A DNA stretch of 64,000 bases from Podarcis pityusensis (taxonomy: Eukaryota): assembly GCA_964106645.2 (NCBI GenBank), contig OZ067044.1, one strand, 5' to 3'. Every line of letters begins with the position of its first letter. Positions within the stretch are counted from its first letter, which is position 1. Position numbers and translations under genes: made by a program. Positions 37,345 to 50,928 of this stretch are shown here, in pieces. The notes under the pieces were generated by a model. It was given only the letters and a program-made list of their open reading frames with translations, searched no databases and had not been told where the DNA came from.

Positions 37345-38442
37345 AATTTGTGCTAGACTTTGGACTTGCTCCTGGATGAGGATGCTGATCTAGCCTGTGT
37401 AGCAGAAACCTAATTAGGGAAGGAAGGAGAGGTCAAATTGACAAAATTATACCCACCAGGTTACACATGCAGCAGGAGGTAGGAACCAGGGGGCAGGGAG
37501 GAAGAGTTGTACGGAGCTATTGGAAGTCCATCCGCCTATCAAGATACACTTTCAAGTGACCTCTTGGTTTAGAGTGTGTGAACCTTGGGTAACAGACAGG
37601 ATTGGGATTCTAATGATTGATTTTATTTATTTATTTAATATGTTTAATATATTGCTTTTCATCAAAGTGTTTTGCATAATTACACATTTATTTGATGTGA
37701 TTAGATGCCACCCACCATCTGTCTCCTTGCCTGAGCTAGGTGAGGCACTCTTGGGGGTGGTATTGGTTTCCCCCAGATTACATGAAGCTGATGCGAGAGG
37801 TCATGCTGACAGCCAGCTCTATCTCTCCCTTTCAACTGGTGCCAAGAAGGCTGTAGATATACTGGACTGTGGTGTGGGGACAATGATGGATACGGGCTAA
37901 AACCCGAGGCTTCATCTATAGAAGGCAGAGATGCTGATGGTCAGTAGACAAACTGGTCCAGGAGTGGATGTACAACCGGTTCTGGATCCAGATTGCAACT
38001 TGGGAGCTACTATTAGAGCTGACAGTGCAGATCTTGCTGGCATGAACTGCTTGCTTTCCTGGAGAAGCCAGAGCTGGCCAGTTACACATGCCTTACTAAA
38101 CAGAGCATTTTACTGAAACATACCTACACAAAACTGCCAGTAACTGTGGTTCATGCAAAATGTGGCAGCCACAATGCTTTCAGGTTTCCACTTTTTGGAT
38201 ATTACACTAATCTTGTTGTATCTGTTTTCAGACCCAATTCAAGGTGCTGGGTGCTACCTCTAAAGCCCTAAATGGCTTGGGGCCAGAATATCTGAAAGAC
38301 TGTCTTCTCCTGCAAAAACCTGCCTGTCAGTTATGGTCATCACCAGAGCCCTTGATCCTTGTTCTACTTTAAAGGTAAGTGTGACTAACAGTAACATGGC
38401 CTTCTTAGTGGCATCATCTCAGTCGTGAAACTCTCTCCCAAG
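37345..38442 (+). mobile_element. L2 LINE with a large internal deletion (endonuclease joined to late RT and 3' end)
   Basis: DLLLDEDADLACVAET*LGKEGEVKL..LYPPGY and PPSVSLPEL (APE domain) run directly into HADSQLYLS (YADD region), followed by L2 3' motifs. Confidence 0.75.
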
Positions 38443-38443
38443 T

Positions 38444-39604
38444 AGGCCTGGGCAAAGTATCAATACATAGTCCAGGATTGGTATGAGGGCCAGACTGTGA
38501 TGGCTGCTACACCTGGCGTTATATTGCGGGTGAAACTGCCTCTGCTGAGTGCCTTTGCCACCAGCGCCCAAAGCACAAGGGAGAAACAAGCTATAGCCAG
38601 GCACTGGCGGCAGAGGGACTCAGGAGCACCAGCAGTTTCACCTGCAATATACTGCTGGGTGAAGAGGCCACCACCTCTGGCCCCAAACCGCTGAGGGAGG
38701 AACAAGCTACCGTATTTTTCGCTCCACAAGACGCACCTAGTTTTTAGAGGGGGAAAGCAACAAAAAAAATATTCTGCACAGAGCATGTAAGCTGCTCTCG
38801 CTTTTCTTCTGAGGAGACATCGGGACAGGTGCTTTGCTTGCTTTACAGTGAGGCGGGAGGAGGGATGGGCAATTAAAGTGAGAGCTGCGCAAAGCTGGAC
38901 AGAAGCCATGTGCGGCTCTTGCTTTGGTTGCTCCCGTCTGTCCCTCCTCCTGGTTCGCTGTGAAGCCAGCAGAGCAAACTGCGCAGCTATCGCTGAAGCC
39001 AGCAGAGCAAAAGTAACAGCGAGCGACGGACGGGAGCCATGGCTCCGGCTGCAGAGGCACCCCTCAGTTCGCGGTAGCTGAGGGATCCCTCTGCCGCCCA
39101 GTGCATTCGCTCCATAAGACACAGACATTTCCCCTTTTTAGGAGGAAAAAGTGCATCTTATGGAGCGAAAAATATGGTGCATTGGCAGGGACCAATGTAG
39201 CTTGTTCCTCCCTTGGCTGCCTGCTCATCAACAAAGACGTGTAATAAAGCCCCCACCTTTCCTCCAGCTTGCATGAGCCGGAGGTGGGGTGGGGGCTCCT
39301 TTAAAATTTTCTGTTCAGGGCCATGCGGCTGCCTGGCCTTCAGTTGAGAGATCGGGCTCCCTCAGCTGGGAGTGGGGCCCTTCCCACTCCCCCAGCTGAG
39401 CAGCGGCTAGCTGCATTGGTCACAGCCTGCAAGGTGCTGGGGTGAAAGGGCCTCAGCTCCCATGGTGATAGCTGTGACAGTTTCACCCCATGCCTCACGG
39501 GCTAAGGCCAATGCGGCTTGTTTCAATATTGTGGTGTATCGCCAGATTGCGATGTTTGGCTGGTGATACATCACAATGTTGAAAACCCAACATTGCCTAA
39601 CACT
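38444..39604. mobile_element. Putative GC-rich non-autonomous DNA element hosting the pogo-like MITE
   Basis: GC/CpG-rich block with weak inverted ends (taggcctgggcaa / ttgcctaacacta, about 10 of 15 matching). Confidence 0.35.
38710..39177. mobile_element. pogo/Tigger-like MITE
   Basis: TIRs ccgtatttttcgctcca / tggagcgaaaaatatgg, TA on the left and TG on the right. Same family as 61351-61609. Confidence 0.85.
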
Positions 39605-40092
39605 ACTCCCAAGATCATGAAAGTATTAAAATCAAGGCACAAGAATTACAGATAACGTGACACTGGCCCAAATCCCTTCTGGGTTTAATACAGACTATAT
39701 GCTTTAGTGCTCCCCATAGAAGGTGTAACACCATTTGAAATCACATGTCATAAAAAAATTAAAACCATCAAGTTTCACTGGAAGTTTATTTACTATTTGT
39801 TGTCTGTGCTAAACCATGACAATGAAAGCCAAAACTTAAGGGATAATTTAAGAATAAAACTATAAAAAATAATATTATTTGATGAAAAATTCAGGCAGAA
39901 CTGGTTCATCGAAAGGGTAATAACTACATGGAGTGTGTTACAGTTAAATGCAAAGCAAATCCAAGAAGAATTAATTCCAGCAATGCAGCTATTTTGAGTG
40001 CAATAGTATTTCAGGCATATTACAGGAACGTGGATTGTGAACAAAATATAACATGCAAAAACCATAAGCAGCACCTACTATTTTTACATACA

Positions 40093-40333
40093 CCATATTG
40101 GCCCGAATATAAGTCGCACCCGAATATAAGCCACACCTTTAAAATTCAAGGGGGAAAAAGAAAAAAAAGTCAATATCTGAATATAAGCCTTAAAATTCTG
40201 CAGGGACTCACACCTGTTCCATTTTACCATATGTCTGTTTCAGCAGCGATATCGTAAAAACCAATTTTTGTAAGGTTGCAAATTTAAGCCGCACTTTGGG
40301 GAAAAAGTGAGGCTTATATTCAGGCCAATATGG
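40093..40333. mobile_element. pogo/Tigger-like MITE, second family
   Basis: TIRs ccatattggcccgaatataag / cttatattcaggccaatatgg with internal gaatataagcc repeats. Confidence 0.85.
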
Positions 40334-40668
40334 TAGTTGCAGAAATTTCTCATGAAACCACCTCAGACTGGCAGCATTCTTGTCTGATGATTCAACTGGA
40401 TTATAGCAAGATAATCCTTTATAATCTTCTCCCAAGGACTGTTAAAAGTTGTCCTCCTAACTATTTCCCCCATTTTATATCATAGAAATAAAAAAGCAAA
40501 ATTAGAGATGCTTCTACAATAGACAAATTCCACATTACCCAGAACAATTCACTTAAAATTCAGATTGTAATTTGTTTTAAAAGGTTAGAGCTTCATTCAC
40601 ATCTAAAAAGCCTTCACATTCACTTTTTTTTTACTAGAGTAGCAAAGGCTGACATGTATTTTACTCAC

Positions 40669-40833
40669 CTCTGTTAAACCAGACACCTCTCCTTTGGCTA
40701 ATGGCCTAGTGATAGATGGGGTGAACACTCTGGCATCCGACACTGGGCTCCCCCTCATAAAGTGCTTCCCTGCTTCAAAAATGTTCACTTCTACCATTTT
40801 ACCCATGAACTCAGGGTTCTTTGGCACAAGTAC
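40669..40833 (-). CDS. CDKAL1: CDKAL1 penultimate coding exon (equivalent to human exon 15), rest of TRAM domain
   Basis: Translates [55 protein letters not shown]. 165 bp, acceptor ttttaaag| and donor |gtgagt, phase 0, in frame with the previous exon. Confidence 0.97.
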
Positions 40834-41493
40834 CTTTAAAACAATAATAATAAAAACTTGCTTAAATGGAACACTTTAAAGTACTCAAGTTTGACATGCA
40901 GACATCGGGAGGGGGGAAGTAAATATAAAATCTGCAAATCACAGTTAGTAATGCATGTTACTGTAAAATTTGGTAACAGGTAGACCTACCTTAACAAAAA
41001 CATATGCAACATCAGATCTACTTTTTCTTTCAGGTTCTCTGATGTATATCCTCAGAATTTGAGTAGATGTATTCAAATTAATTTACTATCAGGAAATTTT
41101 AAACAGTTCTGCTTTGTAATTATATTCTTAACCAAATAAGCATTCAGGACAAACAAACTGTTACATGTTTTATTGTGATATACATTGAGGTTTTCTTTCA
41201 TGTCACATAGGATCCAGGTATCAAAATATTGTTATAAGCATGTAGCTTTGCATACAACTGAAAACCAGTTGCCGATGATTTCTGTCCAACAAATTTTAAA
41301 GGGATAGAAGCCATATAAATGAGGATACACAAGGGTACCTCCATATGAGTGATATCAGTGTTTTTGAAGGAGGTAATGTCAGTAAACAGATTACATTGAT
41401 GAATTAATCTTTATATGATTGTTAAAATAAGGAGGGAAAGAAAGACATTCTCTCTCCTGCTGCCTCCCCCATCAGTCCAAGAAAAAGATTTAC

Positions 41494-41577
41494 CTGCTCG
41501 TAGAATCGATTATGAGCAACATAAAACTTGGAATCAAATGATTCTTCTGTCACAAGAACATTTTGTTTCTCCCCAAT
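41494..41577 (-). CDS. CDKAL1: CDKAL1 coding exon (equivalent to human exon 14), start of TRAM domain
   Basis: Translates [28 protein letters not shown], which closely matches the human CDKAL1 segment as I recall it ([28 protein letters not shown]). 84 bp, flanked on the minus strand by ttacag| and |gtaaat, phase 0. Confidence 0.97.
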
Positions 41578-43329
41578 CTGTAAAGTAAAAAAGTCAACAG
41601 GTGAAGCCATAAATATACCTCTGAAGAAAGGAGGAATCAAGAAACTTTCTCTTACAAAGAACCACATCAGTTTATCTGTAAGGCAGATAATAAACTTATT
41701 ATTACTAGGGAACTCATTTGAACTCATAACTTATTTTTCATTGTCAAAAGCTTTCAGTGTGAAACTCAAAAGAGATCCCCATAAGTGCATCATATATGAA
41801 CATGTGCATATTTCATGTGCATCTCCACAGCACAAAACATGGATCTTTAGAACATGGGTATCTATACCATTGGGGCATAGTAAAGCAAATGTCTCAGACA
41901 ACAGATGTTGTGGGGCAGTGATAGCAGCAGCCCCTATGTTTAAAGACAGCGTTGTATATGTGCTACATTCCTGCTTGCCCACTAACACCAACCTGCTGCC
42001 CTGAGGTGTGATGGAGGGTGCTGTTCCATCACCAATGTTACTATCCAATCACCAGAATTGAAGCAAGACTCAGCTATCAGCCCAGCCTGCTTCTGTGCAA
42101 TAAATGAGATGACATCACTCTGCCATTTGCTTTATTGTTATTAATTTAATTTAATGCATATACTGTACAAGCAAATACTTGCATATGCTGTTTTGGAGAA
42201 TACATAACCATATAACTTTTTTTGTATTTTGTCCATAGCTGTACAAGATGTGTGTAGTGACTGTAATGCTGCATATACAAATCCTATGTTCTCCCCCTCT
42301 TACTTCTTTAACAAAATAGGACTGAGCTAGGCAGCAGATGTACACAGTGCAAGCCTCCATTTTTTCAACTGTTTCCCTGCCTGGCTTGAGGCTGGAGAAG
42401 CAGGAAGGATTAAACAGAAGTCAAAGAAAGCAGGACTTGAATAGCATCTAGTTAGCATAACAAAAGGAAGTGCCTCAGTTATTCAGCATTGGGCAATGCA
42501 TCTCATTAAATACAAGTGAAAGAACAATTATTTAGGCCCCCTATGAATACTGTTTGGCACTGAGATATATATCAGAGAGAAATAGCAGGGCCATTCTGCT
42601 GGGAGAGTTTCTGCTTTCCCAGCCCAGCAATCCTGCTTGAGGGTAAATAGCCCACTTCCATTACTGTGCACCTGCATCTGACTGCTTCATTTTGATTTGG
42701 TTCCCTGCTGTGAAAATGTCGCTTCTTCAAGCACATACAAGCCCTGAAATGCAGTTCATATGAAAATTATATTCAGAGATGTCAGCAGTGACCTAAAAAT
42801 GACAACCAAGGCCTCAGACTATCTGCTTTATTTTAAATTCTGTAATGTTTTACTGATTTCCACTCCCTTTCTGTCGCTTCTGTTTTCTACAATAGCATAA
42901 TAAACTAAGCTATAATGCTGGAAGTTCTAGAAAACCGTATTTTGATTTAAGATTAAACAAGTGTAAATATATATAATTTCATTCTTTATGCGTCCCAAAG
43001 ATTGCCTCTTTTGATTGTCTTTTCCAAAAATATGGCCAAATAATCAAAGGACTCAGAACACAGGAATTACTATGGAAACCTGCTCTAATTACTTATAATT
43101 TGCCAACTTCAATGTTCATAATTACCACAAAGCATCACTGTACACGTTTTGAAAATTACTTTAGTATAATAAAGGAAAATATACCAAATGCATATTCCAT
43201 TACCACTTCTAGAAATATATGCATAATTAATACAAACCTCAACATAATAATTCACAACTAAAATAATCTTCAAACCTAAGTGTATTTAATTTCCAGATAC
43301 ATCATACATATGTACATAAGTCACTATAT

Positions 43330-43901
43330 TGTTACACGCCACCCCAGTCTCATAGCGGTGTGAGATTCCAGGGGTTCCAGGCACTCAGTCAGGGTTCATG
43401 TTTCATTCTGAAAATGAGGCACAGCAGAGACTGGGCTGTCTTTAGGATATATGGCCTATTTACACACATATACAACCTGAGCCTAAGATGGACAGGTTCA
43501 CTGCATCAATATCCCCAAAGAGTCAGCTGCAACCTTGGATTCAAAGAGACACCCAACATTGGGCTCCACCTCTCTGACTTTTCAGCTTGCTGCCTTTACC
43601 GCGTGCAACCTGTTTCCCTCTAGGTCACATCACAGCCTACCATCAGCTCTAAACTCTGGCTATCTCAGAGCGGGAGGAGCAGCCCCAACCAATTGTCATC
43701 TGGCACAAAGCCCCCTGTCTTTGGCTTTCTTAAGGGTCCATTATCTTTCTTTTGTTCTTTTAATGGCCCGGCTCCCAGGTGATCTCCTGAACACAGAAAG
43801 CTGGGTCCAAGGATTAGGAATCTGGCATCCAGTTTAGCTCCCCAAGTGCTGATTAAATTCTAACGCCTAATGGACCCAGGACTTTCCATTGTGGGCTTAC
43901 T
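43330..43901 (-). mobile_element. Solo LTR (Gypsy-like), sense to CDKAL1
   Basis: tgttaca ... gggcttac(t) ends with 4-bp TSD atat (43326-43329 and 43902-43905). Related copy at 1674-2165. Confidence 0.7.
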
Positions 43902-43987
43902 ATATTTTCCCACTCACAGGCACTTAGAAGATGCTGATGCTGCTTTAATCATGATTTCAGGGCCATGCAGCTCCAATTCAATGTTGT

Positions 43988-44329
43988 TGTTGTTGTTTAG
44001 TCGTTTAGTCGTGTCCGACTCTTCGTGACCCCATGGACCAGAGCACGCCAGGCACTCCTGTCTTCCACTGCCTCCCGCAGTTTGGTCAAACTCATGCTGG
44101 TAGCTTCGAGAACACTATCCAACCATCTCGTCCTCTGTCGTCCCCTTCTCCTTGTGCCCTCCATCTTTCCCAACATCAGGGTCTTTTCCAGGGAGTCTTC
44201 TCTTCTCATGAGGTGGCCAAAGTATTGGAGCCTCAGCTTCACGATCTGTCCTTCCAGTGAGCACTCAGGGCTAATTTCCTTAAGAATGGATAGGTTTGAT
44301 CTTCTTGCAGTCCATGGGACTCTCAAGAG
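43988..44329 (-). mobile_element. BovB (RTE) LINE, 5'-truncated
   Basis: Encodes LLRVPWTARRSNLSILKEISPECSLEGQIVKLRLQYFGHLMRREDSLEKTLMLGK...VHGVTKSRTRLND. (caa)n tail and 11-bp TSD ttcaatgttgt. Confidence 0.96.
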
Positions 44330-45499
44330 TTCAATGTTGTGCATCTCTTATTCACTTCAGTTGGATAAAATCTCAATAGCTCATAGTCATCATTCTCAGA
44401 AAGGCCCAGTTTGAGAATAAATAGCATTTTCTTTTCAGTTTGCATTATTTTACAGTGAGACCAACTTTCCCCTTTTGGAGAAAGCTGCTGTTATCTTTCA
44501 GGATGCATCTGTCTGACATTTTCACTGTCAAGCTTAAAAGAAGAAAAAGGTAAAACGATGCCTAGAACACTACTCAGTCTTTATCAGTATTGATCAAGAT
44601 ATAGGAAACATTTGTTTCCTGGCACTTCTGCTAAAGGTCTAAATTAGAGGATCAGATTAAAGTACTACTGGGCAGATTAATGGAACACCATCACTGTCAC
44701 TATAATATGCAGGATGAATTTCTGTAAGATAGTACACAGATTATGCAATTATTGGACAACTGAATTTAAAGACTTCCATTTTCTAGTGAGCTCTGCAGAA
44801 CACAACACTTCAGTATAATGAAAATGCCATTCATATACCAAAACAAAATGGCCCAATTCACTAGCAAGCTAAAGACAATGAAAGTGATTGCATAGGAGTA
44901 AAAACAGAAAGACTCGAACTCCTTTTATATAATTAGATAGAGCAAGGTGCTCATGGAATGCCTCCTGAATATCAAACAGTGGTTTTCAAAAGAGAACTAC
45001 AGTGATTGTGGGGGAAATCAAATGCAATTGATAGCACTGATTCAAATTTTAAGTTTTGGATGCTCCAATTTAGTTTTCTTAATTAAGGGAGCAATTTTAA
45101 CCCTACTTACCTGGGAGTAAGCCCCACTGAATTCAAGTAGCTGTGATTACCATTGCACTGTTAATAAGTTTGTGTTGTAATCAAAAGTAGGAAAGAACAG
45201 ATAGGCCATGTATACAAGATCATGTCATATGATGAAATATGCTAATGCCTTCTTAATTAAGAACTGGGGAAAGCCCGTCACAAGTTGGTAGTCCACAAAT
45301 TGGCGGGTCCACTATAGGTACCAATAAGTCCCTACAGCTCCACAGTGTCTCCAGTGTGACTTACTCCCTGAGTTGTGAATATGTGCCATTTGCACCAGTG
45401 TGAGGAACCATGTATGAACAAATTTCAAGGTGTTTCTCTAATAGAGAATTATACTGAATACAGTGGTTGTGTGGACCAAAGTTGATTCCATTTTCCATG

Positions 45500-45941
45500 A
45501 GAGATGAAGGAGAAATGAAATCCAGTCTGCATTTAAAGGCAAATTTACTTAATTAACACTTTCTGAAACAATACGTGAAACAAAACACAGCCATCCGTTG
45601 ACATTTGCACTTCCCTGAATTTTACAATGCAGTTCTGCAGCCCATTAATGTGTATGAAATGTGTATGTATGGGGAAATGTGCATGTAAATGCATATATGA
45701 GGGAAAATAAAATGCAAAACTACATTGTACTGGGGAAAAGTATGTCTAAATAATGTGTATATCTGGCAAAAATACATACAAAATGTATGGATTAGGAGAA
45801 ATTTACACTAAAATGCTGATGAATCTTCATGAGAACTAAAAAAAAAGTGAACTGATGTGGAAATGTGAAAACTGAACTTAACATTTGTAAAAAATGAAAA
45901 ATCAAATGAGAAATCAAAATTGACATATTCACTCATCCCTA
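45500..45941. mobile_element. Lizard-type non-autonomous DNA element with degenerate internal ~30-bp repeats
   Basis: agagatga ... tcatcccta ends and repeated aaatg(t/c)..at...(g/a)gggaaa units. Confidence 0.55.
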
Positions 45942-48882
45942 TTCTCTGCTCCCAGATGTACACTATACTCATCCCCTTCAAAAGGGTGATGATTCCGTTT
46001 TTAAAATAAAGCATATCTTGATCTTTAAAAGAAAAGGGCAAAGTTATGTCACCAAAATTAACATTTTTTTTCCTGTACAGGAGGGTTTTTATGATCCCAG
46101 TAAGGAAATTATCACATAAGAATATCTGAATTCCAAAAACATTAATATAGTTGGAGATGATTAATGTTGATAGAGAGATGGTAATTCTGGACTACTATTT
46201 TAAAGAAAGCTCATAATGGTATGTTTTTTAAAATGGAATTTCCTCTTTTCCAACTTAAAGATGCCTGAACAATTTATGCTTTTAGAACCTCTTCCTTTCC
46301 TTTTTGAGGCTTGCTTCCTGCCCTGAATTCTTTCCTAATTGTGTCTGCCTGTCTTTCTGTCAATCTTCCCTCGTGTTCCTGTACCTGGCTTACTTTTGCC
46401 CTGACATATATATAATTTTGTTTTAATTTTTTTCTTAATTAATAAAAATAATAAATACACAACATGGGCATGGTGGGTATACAAAAGAGAGAGAAATGCA
46501 TAAATATATATTTTGCTATATAAATGTGTGTGTGTGTGTAAATCAAACATAGTTATGAGAAAAGAAAGAAAGAGCATTAAGGAAAATATTAAGGGGAAAA
46601 ACAAATGAGGTAATTCATGGATGAGGAAAACAAAGAGGAAATGGCTACGTCTAATGACACTGCATGAAATGTGGAGTCTAACTCATAATGGATGCAAGCA
46701 ATTTTAACCTTACAAATATGCCAAAATGTGCCACCAAGGGTTCAAACACATGGATTATGGAAAGCCTCTAACATAAAAAAAAAAAAAGCTCTGCTGCACA
46801 ACACTAAAAAGAGGCAATGCTAGTGAAGGAGAACTATTTCCTCACCACCACAACTATAGATTAGGTTCGACAGAAAGCTCTAATCCATGTGCAATCCAGT
46901 TCAGCACAGGTTTCCCTCCATTTCTGTTCAAGCCACCTTCCCTTCTTGATTCATTGCCCTCAATTTATGGATATGGGCATACAGATGGGGAAAGAACAGA
47001 TTGCAGCAATAATGGATTTGAGGCAAGTTCACACTGTATTATCTGAAGTGTGTTTTGGTAGCTAGAAAGCGAAGCAATCTGGCATAGATATACCCACTTC
47101 TTATGTTGCAGTGTATTATTACAATGATACTGGAATTCAAACATAAACCTGCTGCATTTTTGACACACAGATGCTGGCAAAAAGCAATCTGTGCATCACT
47201 GTAGCAGCGGACAGGAATCTTGCATAAAAACACACAACAGTTTTCACCTACAGTTACTTTTCAACAACTTTTATGTTCTCAAAATGGATTTCAGCATCAA
47301 TTTGTGGCTTGTCAAAATCACACAAGCTCCTGTGGTGGTGGGAAGAAGGAAAGCAGTATGGCATTATACAAAAAAAATACCTTTGGGTACCAGAAAATAA
47401 AGCAAGAATTGTATTGTACAGATTCTTGTTGTACAGATTCCTCTCTCTCATTCTTTTAGTGCTTTCGAAGAAGCAACAGTGTCCCTTGCCTAGCACCTCA
47501 TTCCCCCAAATCCAGTGGACACGATCAACTTCACTATCTCCTCCCCAAATTCATATTCCTAAAAAAACCGCAAACAAAATACCAGGAGAATGGATAACAA
47601 ACAATATGGGACTCCACCACTTGGTTCTTGTACACTACTCTCTTTGAATCCTCTGTCTTCGTAACATGGCTTAACAACACTAAACTATTTTGTAGGCCAC
47701 TCTCTTGCCTCTCCCACCCAACTGGCAAATTTGGAATAACAGCAATGGCCTTCATTTCCATTAGCCTTGATAGGGCATTTTAAAAATCATTTACATGAAA
47801 TAAAACCCAAGTTAGAAAGAGCAAAGTCCAGTCCTAGCTGCTACGTTTTGTTTGTAGATAGATATAGTCATGTCCAATCATGACAATATTCAAAAAACAT
47901 GTCTTTAAAATGAACCAGGAAATCCTTTAATAAAGGAAATCCTTTATTAAGAAGTGTGTCACTCTAGACTTCTTTTTGCTTCTAAGGATATCACTGCTTC
48001 CCTAGAGGTCAATCATAGTTAAGGCTTCTTTCACTGGACAGTGGAAAGTTGCAGTGGGGTTGTTTCTCACAAAATGATTGAGCAGAATACCTACCACCTG
48101 CATATTTCCCCTCATCTCTCTGCTTCAGTAAGAACTGGATAGTTTTTCTTTTTCTTTAAGGAGAAATTGGAAACCAGACCAGCTAACGGTCAAAACAAGC
48201 AGTGGGTGGTGTGGCTAGAATTGGGCCAACTGGCCCATATAGCAGCCTTGATGTAAGAAATAAGGGGGGGAGACACACAGACTTTTTGAAACCAGGGCCC
48301 CTATTAAGTCTCTAACCTGCTTGAAAGATAAACCTGGAATTCCAGATGCCTTGGGGTTGAATCCAACTTGCTGAAGCTTTTATTACATGTCAGCAGGGAG
48401 CAGAATTTCAATCATTATTTTCTTCAATATTATGCTGTACTGTAAGATTAAATTAATGACTTTAGATATGCGTTTTAGGACTGCCAATATAATCCTACTT
48501 AAGGCAAACTAAGCAACTTATAAATGATTAGAAGAAGAGTCATTATATTGCCATGCTCACAACTGGCACAACTTTCTTAAGTCCCCACTTATTTTCAGAA
48601 GTAATAGCTTGAACACTTGACACAGGAAAATGTGGCATATAGTGGGGATGTGGAAAGAAGCAGACAAGTGAAACAGATTTGAAACAAACAATTGATTTTT
48701 CTTGAAATTCTGATTAAAAAGGGTTTGCTTTTGGTTTGTTTAATCGAAAGAGAGAGAAAGGCCCAAAAGGAATGTATTAGCCATGTGTCACCTTTCCCTC
48801 TGAGTAAAGAGTTAGTTAAAGTGAAGGAAGCTGACGAAATAACCCCTGACATGCTGAATTGATACATTAAGTATAGGAAATC

Positions 48883-48980
48883 TGGCTAGACTCAGTGACT
48901 GGCCCAAGGTCAACCAATGAACTTCATGGCTAATCAGGGATGTAAATCCAGCCAACATCTAATATGTTAACCAATACCTT
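48883..48980 (-). mobile_element. MIR-like SINE fragment
   Basis: agtgactggcccaaggtca.cca.tga.cttcatggct core. Confidence 0.55.
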
Positions 48981-50900
48981 TGCTAAGACACTATTCTATG
49001 ACTGTCAACTGATTCTAACAGGCCATCCCTGGGGTCATGGTTATGGGGGCTGCCAGGATGAGCTCCTGAACATTTACTACACCCACAAGGGTTGCATGAC
49101 AGCGGTGGGCAGAATTAGAGCTAAAACTGGGTAAGGTGCAAGTTGCCCCTCTCGCCTTCCATCAGTTCCATTCTCTCTCTTTCGCTTTCTCTTTTCCTTT
49201 ATCCTCCCCCTTCCTTCCCCTCTTTTCTCTCTCTTCCTTTGCAATTAGGCTTGGCTTTTTTTTTTTTTTTTTTTTTAAGTTCCCATTAACACCACTGAAA
49301 GCTTTGAGGAAGAGGGCTTTACAGTGTGTAGGGACTAGAGAATTAATATTATCCTCCCAACTGTGATCATCGCCACCGGAGCATGCCTAAGCAACAATTA
49401 GGCTAAAAATAAGGTTCCATTTGGCATGAATGCAAGGTTTTAAAAAGCCCAATTCCTGCACTGGCATGGGGTAAGGAGGGGAGGCAGAAGGCAGGTAAGA
49501 GACTCCACCTTCCACATCCAACCCGTGGGCTTTATGTTCTCCCTTGTTCTATTGCATCAAAGCTTTGTGTCCTTCTGGTTGATTGATATCTTTCATATAA
49601 ATAGGAAATATACAAATAAACCATGATTAAGACCCAAAGGGGAAGAAGGATTTATTTCCAGCAACAAATTGCTGAAGGGATGGGAGGAGACTGCCAGAGC
49701 CGGAATCTGCATTAGTGGAGTGATGATCAGATACGGCAGGCCTTAGAACTGTTTTCTTTAGAAAGAATGTGTGACACAAGATATACATAATTGTATCTGC
49801 TCAGTCTGTCAAAATTCTATTTTTGGGGGGGGAGGGTAAATGTTATGCATTGGTAGTTTGTACTAATCAATCCCAGCTGACAACAGTGTGTTTCCCTTCC
49901 AGGCAAAAACTTATTTCACTACAACAAATGTTCTTTAAATTAACTAAATAGGGTTGTATCATGGCTCTTTCATAGAAAATAAGCTGAAATTATGTGATGG
50001 AACGCAATCTCACTATTTCTTCAGCCATGTTCTGAAAGCACTCACATGCTAACATATCCACCTGCTGTAGAATATGAAATATGAAAAACCATTGTACTAT
50101 GAAACAGTATTAGAATTAGGATTTTAAGAGGAAATTAAACTGTATATTGTCTCTTTTTCCTATGAACAGTTATACCTTTGTAAGCCAATTCTTAGAAAAA
50201 CTATAGCATATTTTTTATACAAGTGCAATACTGTTTTCTTAAGATTTGTAGATCGCAATTAAATTGATTCAATCTGTTTGGCTCAATTGTTTCAGTTTTC
50301 CAGAAGCTGAAAACTTACTTTTCAACAACTGCTGTGTGCTGAAATAGGCCTAAACCAGTGGCTTCGTCCAGTATGCATCATAACTGTCAAGTTTGCCAAT
50401 AAATTAGATTCTTTTTCAGCTGTTCTAAAAACTTCATTGCAGTTGATCTGTCTAGTCTAGTTTCTCCCTTGCAGAGCAGAAATCAGAACAGATGTTGCAT
50501 TTGTGAATATAGTATTCTCTCTCTCTGAATTGAAATATAAAAATAAAGAAATTCTCACTGTTAAATTTGAGAAGTTATAAAGTGTCAGGAAGAAACAGGT
50601 AATGACATGGACCAATGGCTGACCAGCAGTTTAATGTGTTTGATCACACTTCTGTATTACAGTTATCAAATTCAAATGGTTCATTATACCTTAAACAGCA
50701 TTTTATGTCAAAATAAGCAGAGTGCTCTACCAACATGGTTAGGCATAAACTCTGTAGATGCTGAACAATTAAAAAATAATTGCCTTTCACAGATATAGTC
50801 TACAGAACAATGTATTTTGACAGGCTTTTAAAATCTAATTTTAATATTAGTGCCATGTAAATGGTATGGTATATTAATTAATGAGTGAGCATATAAATTT

Positions 50901-50928
50901 AATCAATCAATCAATCAATCAATCAATC
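50901..50928. repeat. (AATC)7 microsatellite
   Basis: Read directly from the sequence. Confidence 0.95.

Noticed and set aside
38460-39128. 222-aa ORF, the longest in the window
   Set aside because: It spans the junction of GC-rich non-autonomous elements, and stop depletion is explained by composition.
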